Shown here piece by piece: positions 23,278 to 30,408 of a stretch of 64,000 nucleotides of DNA. The stretch is taken from positions 871,804 through 935,803 of the forward strand of contig CAVXAL010000003.1 of assembly GCA_963759765.1 (NCBI GenBank), in the 5' to 3' direction. A program made the translations under genes and the position numbers. How positions within the stretch are numbered: position 1 is the first letter of the stretch; each line of letters opens with the position of its first letter. The notes under the pieces are model-generated. The model saw only the letters and a program-made list of their open reading frames with translations. It searched no databases and was not told the origin of the DNA. This stretch comes from Candidatus Aminicenantes bacterium (GTDB taxonomy: Bacteria; Acidobacteriota; Aminicenantia; UBA2199).

Positions 23278-24195
23278 TTAAAAATTTCTACATGCATCCA
23301 AGTCAATTTCAAGGGGTTTACTATAAGGTTCAAATGGAGCTGGTTTTTCGGTGTTTGAAATACATTTTGATGGTATTTTTAGTTTCAATTCTTCTATAAG
23401 ACTTCGAATTTCAGGATCTGATTCAGATTTAACCTTCACTTTTAAACTGGGATAAATTATCATCGCAAACCAAGGATCTTGATTAATTTTTTCTTTATTT
23501 GTTTTTAATGGAATTAAAAACTCTGGTTTTTGTTGAGTATTCATATACATTTCTTTGAATTCTTTATCATCCATGTAATAAGATGGCATTCTGAATTTTT
23601 CCAATATTTCTTTTTTTCCTATTTGTTCTAATCTTTCTTTTATTTCATTTGAATAAATTATTCGCCATTCTGATTCATCAAAATATTTATATTCCCATGT
23701 TCCATCTGGGATTGATTTTTCAGCCATCTGTTTTAGAAAACATAAAAAAAATTCATTGAATTTTGTATTTTCATTTGCAATTGACAAGAATGGTGGGAAA
23801 AACCAATTCTTTCTCGATGGATGATAATAAACCATTGGACATCCAAGACGATCAAACAAAAAAAACCGTTTAAATCCGATACCCAATCTTCCAAATCTTG
23901 ATGCATGTAATCGAACTTCAGATAATTTTAATTCCGTAAAACAAGTTCTTGCAGTCAATGGGCGCTCAATTTTTTCTCCATTAATTAAAAGATATCTTTC
24001 ACTTTCGTCCCTTGTCATCCATAGTCCATATTTTAATATACTTTTTAATCGCTTCAGATAAAGCTCAGTAACTTCATTATTCGTACTTGATGAATGTTTT
24101 TCGAACCAATTTTTATCATATTTGTCATCAATATCTCTTTTTCCTGTCCAATGAATAATAAAATCTGAGTGATAAGGTTTATATTGTTTATACAC
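23278..24195 (-). CDS. AbiGi-like (abortive-infection family) protein, solitary
   Basis: The ORF is 305 aa with a GTG start and AAGGAG 7 nt upstream. FIIHWTGK, LKSILKYGLWMT, CFTELKLSEVRLHASRFGRLGIGFKRFF and YFDESEWRIIY match my memory of the AbiGi (PF10899) pattern. No AbiGii-like partner is present. Confidence 0.5.
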   Translation of the reverse strand: MYKQYKPYHSDFIIHWTGKRDIDDKYDKNWFEKHSSSTNNEVTELYLKRLKSILKYGLWMTRDESERYLLINGEKIERPLTARTCFTELKLSEVRLHASRFGRLGIGFKRFFLFDRLGCPMVYYHPSRKNWFFPPFLSIANENTKFNEFFLCFLKQMAEKSIPDGTWEYKYFDESEWRIIYSNEIKERLEQIGKKEILEKFRMPSYYMDDKEFKEMYMNTQQKPEFLIPLKTNKEKINQDPWFAMIIYPSLKVKVKSESDPEIRSLIEELKLKIPSKCISNTEKPAPFEPYSKPLEIDLDACRNF

Positions 24196-24271
24196 AAGGG
24201 ATCTCCTTTTTCGAGGTTAACTTACATCTTTACTTTTAGATCAATTATTTGTTCTAGTCAATATTAATGAT

Positions 24272-25633
24272 TTATCCAATAAAAAACATACGTATATCCA
24301 TGACGTTGGCGCTGGTGGGGCCGGTGATCCAGAGCTGATTGAGGGCTTTGAAGAAACGGTGGGAGTCGTTCTGGCGCAGGTGGCGGTCGATATCCAGGTC
24401 CAGGCGCTGAGCCTTGGCTCGGGTCTGCTGGTCGATCCAGGCGCCGGCTGCGTCGGTCGGACCGTCGATGCCGTCGCTGCCCAGGCTCAGGGCGAAAAAA
24501 GGATAGGGCAGCTCTTCCAGCTCTTTAAGGAGTTGCAGCATGAACTCCTGGTTGCGGCCGCCCTGGCCCCGGCCGCTCACCGTGACCGTGAGTTCGCCTC
24601 CGGCCAGAAGCAGCAGGGGCGGCTGCCAGGGTTGACCGGTTTGAGAGATCTTTTTGATCAGGGCCGCATAGACGCGGGCCGCTTGGCGCGCCTCGCCGCT
24701 GTCCCGGGAAGTTAGAATGTCGGTGCGCAGCCCCTGGCGCCGGGCCGCCGCGCACAGCGAATTCAGCGCCACCCGGTTGTCGCCGAGAATGGCGTGGCCA
24801 TGGCCGGCAAAACGCGCATCGCCGGGCTTGGGCGTTTCCGGTATTTCCCCTGCGCGCGCTCGCGAAAAGCAATTTCGTAGGTGCGGTCCCAGACGGGCCA
24901 GAAGATCGTGGCGCTCGAGTATGTCCAGCGCCTCCGGCCAGGTGCTCGGATCGGGGATGGTCGGCCCCGAGCCGATGTCCTCGGGCGGTGAGTCGATGAT
25001 GTCGGAAACGATCAGGGTCAGCACCCGGGCCGGATGAAGCCGCGCGGCCAGCCGGCCGCCCTTGATGGCTGACATGTGCTTGCGCAGGCAGTTGAGTTCG
25101 CGGATGGGGGCACCTGCGGCCTGCAGCCGGCGGGTGATGGCGATCTTGTCGCGCAGGCGGAAAGGCGGCAACGGTTCGGTCAGCAGCGCCGACGCACCGC
25201 CCGTCACCAGGAAGAGGACCAGATCGTTGGCGCCGATATGATTGTTGGCGTAGCGGCGGAAGGCCCATGCCGCCTGCAGGTTGCGGCGGTCGGGCAGCGG
25301 ATGGGCACCGGAGACAACCTCGATGTTCGAGTCCGACTGTGCCGGGCTGTCAGCCGGAGCCACGATCACCCCGCCGTGAATCCTGTTTTTTAAAACGTGC
25401 GCCGCGCCCCGCCAGAAGGGGAGGGCGCCTTTTCCCGCAGCCAGCAGGTGGATCTTTTCAACTCCCCTAAGGGAAAAAAGTTCGCCGCAAACGAGAAGTT
25501 CCCGAGGCCGGACGGTCAGCTTCTCCCTGAGCAGGAGTCCGGGATCAACCGCCTGCAGGGCGGCGCGGACGAGCTGGCGGCTGAGGGCTTTAATGACCCT
25601 GGATTTTGGCCAGGGTGATAGCGGACTGCCCAT
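24272..25633 (-). CDS. glycerate 2-kinase / hydroxypyruvate reductase family (DUF4147 + MOFRL)
   Basis: The ORF is 453 aa. Motifs include LLAAGKGA, VSGAHPLPD, LVTGGASALL, ELNCLRKHMSAIKGGRLA, LIVSDIIDSPPEDIGSGPT and the MOFRL-like C-terminus LAGGELTV...GGRNQEF...LGSDGIDGPTDAAGA. Confidence 0.8.
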   Translation of the reverse strand: MGSPLSPWPKSRVIKALSRQLVRAALQAVDPGLLLREKLTVRPRELLVCGELFSLRGVEKIHLLAAGKGALPFWRGAAHVLKNRIHGGVIVAPADSPAQSDSNIEVVSGAHPLPDRRNLQAAWAFRRYANNHIGANDLVLFLVTGGASALLTEPLPPFRLRDKIAITRRLQAAGAPIRELNCLRKHMSAIKGGRLAARLHPARVLTLIVSDIIDSPPEDIGSGPTIPDPSTWPEALDILERHDLLARLGPHLRNCFSRARAGEIPETPKPGDARFAGHGHAILGDNRVALNSLCAAARRQGLRTDILTSRDSGEARQAARVYAALIKKISQTGQPWQPPLLLLAGGELTVTVSGRGQGGRNQEFMLQLLKELEELPYPFFALSLGSDGIDGPTDAAGAWIDQQTRAKAQRLDLDIDRHLRQNDSHRFFKALNQLWITGPTSANVMDIRMFFIG

Positions 25634-26147
25634 TGTATTTGCCCTGGAGGTCCTTGTAGGAGAAAACCGGAAAATCGTCGCTCTCCAGGAAGACCACCTG
25701 GGCGATGCCCTCGCCCGGATAAAGCGTGACGGGTTGCGGGCCGCTGTTGGCGATGGAGATGGTCAGGTAGCCGCTCCATTCCGGCTCCAGCGGCGTGACG
25801 TTGACGATGACGCCGCAGCGGGCGTAGGTCGATTTGCCGAAAGCGATCCCCAGAATTTTTTTGGGCATGCGGAAGTATTCCAGGGAGCGACCCAGGATGT
25901 AGTGGCCGGAGGCCAGCCGGATGGGCTCTTCGCTCAGGGTATCGAAATCCTCCTCGCGCACGTGGTGGGGGTCGAGCGGCCGGTCGGAAGCCCGCGGCCG
26001 CTTGTGGGCGCGGTCCAGGCGTATGTCGTAGCCGTAGGGGCCAAGCCCGTAGGAGATCACCCCCTGGCGCACGGAATGGGCGATGAACGGCGCGATCATC
26101 TGGCTGTGCTCGCATTGCTCCTGGATCCAGCGCGAGGATTTGAGCAT
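25590..26147 (-). CDS. dcd: dCTP deaminase
   Basis: The ORF is 185 aa. Motifs include SYGLGPYGYDIRL, GKSTYARCGVIVNVTPLEPEWSGYLTISIANSGPQPVTLYPGEGIAQVVF and KYNGQ. The size is that of a housekeeping enzyme. Confidence 0.9.
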   Translation of the reverse strand: MLKSSRWIQEQCEHSQMIAPFIAHSVRQGVISYGLGPYGYDIRLDRAHKRPRASDRPLDPHHVREEDFDTLSEEPIRLASGHYILGRSLEYFRMPKKILGIAFGKSTYARCGVIVNVTPLEPEWSGYLTISIANSGPQPVTLYPGEGIAQVVFLESDDFPVFSYKDLQGKYNGQSAITLAKIQGH

Positions 26148-27031
26148 CAGATGACGCTGTATTTGGCGATCTTCAGGCTGAACAAGCAGGCGAGCTTGGT
26201 CAGGTACTTGATGTCGTTGACCGTGTCCTTGGAAAATTTGGTCAGGTGTTTGGCGAAATTGCTTTCCTCATGCAAGCGCAGCTTGTTCTCGAATTCCTGG
26301 GTGAACTCTTTCAGCTCGATCATCAGGTTCTGGATGGTGAGCAGGTGGTCGACCATGCTCAGCAGTTCCACGGTGGGAATGCTTTTCGGGTCCGCTTTGG
26401 GGAAGGTCTTCAACCGTTCCAGCGCTTCACCGGTCAGCTCCTTGCAGAGGTAGTCGATCTCCTTCAGGTCCGCTTTCTCGTATTCATCGTAGAAGCGGAG
26501 TTTGTGCCGGGCCCGCTCCTGGATCTTGGTGTTCTGGTCGAGGACGGATAGGAAATAGTCGTTCAATCCGAAATTCTTCTTCTCGAACTTCTTCAGGTCG
26601 ACGAAGATGCGCCCCAGGTAGATCTTGTCGCTGTAGGATTTGACCAATTCGTCCTGGTAATGGGAATAGAACTTAACGGCGAATTTCTGCCCCTCGTGGA
26701 AAACCAGCCGGCCGATGATCACGTCTTGGTCGTGGGAAATATAATAGGCGTTCTCCTCAATGACCGAGCTGTAAAGGAAGAGGGTGTTGATGATGAATTC
26801 CTTCAGGCTATCCAGAAAGGCCTCGTTCGAGTCGATGAAGCTCTTCAGCTCTGGGAACCATTCACCGCGGATCAGGGTGTAGAAGGGTGTGAGCAGGTAT
26901 TTTTCCCCCTGGTAGATCAGTTCCAGGTGAAGGTTGGTACGGATCCTCTCGAACAGGCTGTTGTGTTTCAACCGCGGGTAATTGGTCAGCGGTTCGCCGT
27001 TAAAGGACTTCAAGGCATTGAGTGTATACAC
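26147..27031 (-). CDS. hypothetical protein (~294 aa), translationally coupled to dcd
   Basis: The ORF is intact. The likely start is GTG 27031, with GGAGG 5 nt upstream, rather than the ORF-track start at 27094. Its stop TGA shares one nucleotide with the dcd ATG (TGATG). The product is K/E/L/F-rich with no motif I recognise, and GC is lower than in the neighbours. Confidence 0.6.
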   Translation of the reverse strand: MYTLNALKSFNGEPLTNYPRLKHNSLFERIRTNLHLELIYQGEKYLLTPFYTLIRGEWFPELKSFIDSNEAFLDSLKEFIINTLFLYSSVIEENAYYISHDQDVIIGRLVFHEGQKFAVKFYSHYQDELVKSYSDKIYLGRIFVDLKKFEKKNFGLNDYFLSVLDQNTKIQERARHKLRFYDEYEKADLKEIDYLCKELTGEALERLKTFPKADPKSIPTVELLSMVDHLLTIQNLMIELKEFTQEFENKLRLHEESNFAKHLTKFSKDTVNDIKYLTKLACLFSLKIAKYSVI

Positions 27032-27047
27032 GGCTGCCTCCAATCTA

Positions 27048-27076
27048 ATTATAGGGAAGGGCCGGCAAAAAGTAAA
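27048..27076 (-). promoter_or_regulatory. candidate promoter (TTTACT-N17-TATAAT) for the unknown-gene/dcd/glycerate-kinase operon
   Basis: On the minus strand, TTTACT is at 27076-27071 and TATAAT at 27053-27048. An SD and GTG 27031 follow. Confidence 0.4.
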
Positions 27077-27114
27077 TAGCCGGTGCATTGACATCGGAAC
27101 GGTGATAACCTAAG

Positions 27115-27480
27115 ATGAAAAGAGTGAGAAAATGGACCGCTTACGTGTGGCCGCCGTTTTTCGCAATGGCCAATTTTCTTTTTTTTCTTTTCATTTATCG
27201 ACCGGCTCTGAAAGGAGAGGGATTGGCGCTGGCCCTGCTGACCGGCCTGGCCGCTCTGGCCTGGGGAGCGATGATATTTTATGCCCAGCGCGGGCCGTCG
27301 CGCGTGTTGCTGTTCTACGTTGGATTGGCCATGGTTCTGGCTCTGGTCGGCGTGGAAGTTTGGGGCCGCTCCTGGCCGAACCGGTTCCATTTTCGCGCCC
27401 TCTATGGCCTTCTGATCCTGGGCGTTTTGCTGCTGCGCCTTTACCTGCTGATCCTGGGCAAGAAAGATCAGCGAATCTGA
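27115..27480 (+). CDS. small integral membrane protein (hypothetical)
   Basis: The 121-aa ORF has three or four hydrophobic helices (FFAMANFLFFLFIY; LALALLTGLAALAWGAMIFY; VLLFYVGLAMVLALVGV; LYGLLILGVLLLRLYLLIL). The start is uncertain. Confidence 0.5.
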   Translation: MKRVRKWTAYVWPPFFAMANFLFFLFIYRPALKGEGLALALLTGLAALAWGAMIFYAQRGPSRVLLFYVGLAMVLALVGVEVWGRSWPNRFHFRALYGLLILGVLLLRLYLLILGKKDQRI

Positions 27481-27498
27481 TGCCCTGCCCGGCCGTTG

Positions 27499-28415
27499 TC
27501 AGGCGGGACGCGGCAGGTCGGGTTCGATGAATATCTTTTTGATGAAGGGGAAGCGGCCGATTATCTCTTTTTCGATACCGCTGATCAGGATGGCGGTCTG
27601 CGCACTGTTGAGGCGTTCGTTGAATTCGGCTTTGATGGTCAGCAGCACGTCCTGCGGTCCCAGCTGCAGCGAGCGGATGTGGATGATGCGCTGGATGCTT
27701 TCTTCCTGATGCAGCAGCCGGTAGATCTGGCGCAACAGCTCGGGGTCGGCCCCTTCGCCGCCCAGCAGGGATTTCATCTCCAGCCCCAGAAGAAAGGCGA
27801 GCAGCGTCAGCAGCGCGCCGATCAGCAGTGGGGCCAGTCCGACAAAAAAGATTTTGCCGCTGACTGCGTGAGCGCGCTGCCGGCCAGGGCGATCAGCGAG
27901 CCGGCCAGAACGGCTCCGTTTTCCAGCAGCACGACGCTCTGTTCGATTTTCTTGAAGGTACGCAGGTGGCTGCACACGCCCTGTTGACCCCGTTCACGGT
28001 TGACGGCCCGCAGCAGCGCGCGCAATGACAGGCCGGTGGCCAGCAGTGAAAACAGGAGCACGCCGTAGGCTACGGTCGGTCGGTCGGGCAGGAGCGGCTG
28101 ACGCAGCCCATGAAGGCCTGCGAAGATCGTGGCCAGCGCGCCCGTGCCAAACAGGAAGATGGCCACGACAAATGACCAGAAATAGGTGTCCGGCGCGAAG
28201 CCGAAAGGATGGAGTTCATCGGCTTTTTTTTCGTAGCGCTGTCGGCCGAGGAGCAGCAACGCCTGGTTGCAGGCGGCGGCGCCGGATAGAATGGCCGCGG
28301 CGAGCAGAGCCGCGGAGCGGCAGGCTGCGGCAGCCAGCAACTGTAGAACGGCGGTCAGCACCTGGCTCGTCCACGCCAGCAGCATCAGGGTCCGGGGACT
28401 TTTGTTCCGTTGCAT
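27499..28415 (-). CDS. cation diffusion facilitator (CDF) family transporter (one frame break near ~27870)
   Basis: The N-terminal part (ORF 27822..28415) has TM helices. The C-terminal part (ORF 27499..27975) has further TM helices and a cytoplasmic CDF-like domain (IHIRSLQLGPQDVLLTIKAEF...IGRFPFIKKIFIEP). Confidence 0.65.
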
Positions 28416-28528
28416 CAGCCCACCATTGTAGGCGGGAACCGGCCGCTTGTCAAACGGAGCGATTTTGCCTCGGCCGCGTTTTTTTTATATAATGCAGGCG
28501 CACCGACGGTGCCCAGGAGGGAACAAGG

Positions 28529-28942
28529 GTGAACGCGAACGATGAACACGGCATTGAGCCGATCGGCGGCGGGGAAACCGTTTTGGTCATCGACGACGAG
28601 GAGATGATCCGCACCATCTGCAAGGATATCCTGGAAGAGTTCGGTTACCAGGTGTTGCAGGCGGAAAACGGCGAGGCCGGCCTCCGCCTTTTTGCCGAGA
28701 ACCGGCAGAAGATCCAGCTGGTCATTCTGGACATGGTCATGCCCCGGCTCAGCGGCCAGGAGACCCTGCGCCGCTTGCTGGCCATCGACCCGCAGGTCAA
28801 GGTGCTTTTCTCCACCGGCTTCGGTGAAGGGCAGAAACTGAATGAAAGCCTGGCCCTGGGCGCCAAGGGAATTATCCTCAAGCCCTACCAGATCGAGCAC
28901 CTGCTGAAAAAAGTCAGGGAAACGCTTGATTCCAGAATCTGA
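28529..28942 (+). CDS. single-domain CheY-like response regulator
   Basis: The 137-aa ORF has a GTG start with AGGAGG 8 nt upstream. Receiver motifs are VLVIDDEEMIR, LVILDMVMPRLSG (phospho-acceptor Asp) and VLFSTGFG...ILKP. Confidence 0.85.
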   Translation: MNANDEHGIEPIGGGETVLVIDDEEMIRTICKDILEEFGYQVLQAENGEAGLRLFAENRQKIQLVILDMVMPRLSGQETLRRLLAIDPQVKVLFSTGFGEGQKLNESLALGAKGIILKPYQIEHLLKKVRETLDSRI

Positions 28943-29758
28943 GTGTCTCGGCAGGCGGGGATGAACAGCGCTCAACTCTACTTCGGCCCGGCGGGCTGGA
29001 GCTACGCCGACTGGCAAGGCACGGTTTACCCCCAGCCCCAGCCGCCTCGCTTCAACGCCCTGGGCTTCATCGCTGAGCGTTTCGATTTCGTGGAGGTCAA
29101 CTCCAGTTTCTACCGCACGCCCTCCCTGCAGCTGACAACGGGTTGGGTGCGTAAGACCAGCCACCTGCCGCTCTTCAGCTTTTGGATTAAAATCCACCAG
29201 AATTTCACGCACCAGCGCACGCTGGAGCGGCAGGAGATCTCCGCCTTCAGGGAGTCGCTGCAGCCGCTGGCGGATGCCGGCAAGCTGCAGGGCCTGCTGG
29301 CCCAGTTTCCCTATTCCTTCAAGTACAGCACGGAAAACCTCGATTACCTGCACCGGCTGGCCGGCCTGCTCGGCCCCCCGCCCCTGGCCGTGGAGTTCCG
29401 CCACCGCAGCTGGGACTGCGTGGAGGTGCTGGAATTTTTTCGCGCCTCGAAGCTGATCTTCACCAACATCGACCAGCCGGCCGTGTCGCTGTCGCTGCCG
29501 CTGACGGCGCATGCCAGCCACCCGGAGACCGCCTATGTCCGGCTGCACGGCCGCAACGCCGCCAACTGGTTTGCTGACGCTGGCCGTGACGCGCGTTACG
29601 ATTACCTCTACTCGCTCTCCGAGCTGGGCCAGATCGCCGAGGTGATCAAGAAGTTGCAGGAGCAGGTGAAGAAAATTTTCGTGTCCGGCAACAACCACTA
29701 CAAGGGGAGCGCGGTCAGGAATCTGATGCAGCTCAAGGAAATGCTGCAGGGCCATTGA
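28943..29758 (+). CDS. DUF72 (YecE-like) family protein
   Basis: The ORF is 271 aa. YFGPAGWSYADWQGTVYP...FDFVEVNSSFYRTPS...VEFRHRSW...YVRLHGRN is the pattern I associate with DUF72. Confidence 0.7.
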   Translation: MSRQAGMNSAQLYFGPAGWSYADWQGTVYPQPQPPRFNALGFIAERFDFVEVNSSFYRTPSLQLTTGWVRKTSHLPLFSFWIKIHQNFTHQRTLERQEISAFRESLQPLADAGKLQGLLAQFPYSFKYSTENLDYLHRLAGLLGPPPLAVEFRHRSWDCVEVLEFFRASKLIFTNIDQPAVSLSLPLTAHASHPETAYVRLHGRNAANWFADAGRDARYDYLYSLSELGQIAEVIKKLQEQVKKIFVSGNNHYKGSAVRNLMQLKEMLQGH

Positions 29759-30372
29759 TGGTGAGGAAGAGAATCCTGCTGGTCAACTGCTACAAGCGGG
29801 CGGGGAGCAACAAGATCGCCGCTTATCGCCAGGCGCTGGAACGGGCGGCGCAGGGGCTAGCGCTAGCCCCTGATTTTCTCGTGGTCAACGACCGGCAGCT
29901 GCCGGCCGCCGGCAAGGCCTTCGACCTGGCGGTGATTTCGGGATCCTATAAAATGGTGGGGGATGAGGAGTATACTCCCGAGCTGGCCGATTTCATGCGC
30001 CGCAACCGCCAGCCGCTGCTCGGCATCTGTTACGGTCACCAGATTCTGGCCCGGGCTCTCGGAGCCGAAGTGGTCAAGGATAAAATATACCACGACGGGG
30101 ATGAAGAGGTGTTTCTGCGGGCCGGCTCGGGCCTTTTCGCCGGTTTCCCCCAACGCTTCCCCATGCGCCAGAGCCACTATGAAAACGTTCTGAAGAATGA
30201 AAAATTGTACGCTCAATTCCAGGTCCTGGCTGAAAACGAGAACGGCCAGGTGGAAGCCATCGGCCACCGCGTGCTGCCCCTGTTCGGCGTGCAGTTCCAT
30301 CCCGAGCGTTCGCCCCAATGGGGAGATAAGATTTTTTTCAATTTCATGCACGTGGCCATTCGGCAGATATAG
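29755..30372 (+). CDS. class I glutamine amidotransferase-like protein
   Basis: The ORF is 205 aa. It has the nucleophile elbow LLGICYGHQILARALG and the His-Glu motif FGVQFHPE. It overlaps the DUF72 stop (ATGA-type). Confidence 0.8.
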   Translation: MMVRKRILLVNCYKRAGSNKIAAYRQALERAAQGLALAPDFLVVNDRQLPAAGKAFDLAVISGSYKMVGDEEYTPELADFMRRNRQPLLGICYGHQILARALGAEVVKDKIYHDGDEEVFLRAGSGLFAGFPQRFPMRQSHYENVLKNEKLYAQFQVLAENENGQVEAIGHRVLPLFGVQFHPERSPQWGDKIFFNFMHVAIRQI

Positions 30373-30408
30373 CTCTTTCCTGCCTGCACCGGAGGATGCA
30401 ACCGGCTC

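Larger units (their letters stand above)
21545..24300. other. low-GC genomic islet (putative horizontally acquired defence module)
   Basis: Composition switches abruptly by eye from ~62% to roughly 30-38% GC. The islet holds three intact ORFs with K/N/I/F-rich products. There is no integrase, transposase, tRNA or clear flanking direct repeat. Confidence 0.7.

Noticed and set aside
21545-24300. The low-GC islet could be a prophage remnant, an IS/transposon, or a chimeric mis-assembly.
   Set aside because: I saw no integrase, transposase, terminal inverted repeats or target-site duplication, only trivial A-rich matches. Both junctions are spanned by continuous ORFs (the SPL-like gene and glycerate kinase), which argues against a simple chimera. 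A mis-join cannot be fully excluded without read support.
25590-26147. dcd could be an anti-phage dCTP-deaminase defence gene.
   Set aside because: It is 185 aa with the standard housekeeping Dcd motifs and no extra N-terminal kinase-like or sensor domain. It sits in an operon with a metabolic kinase, so I treat it as the ordinary enzyme.
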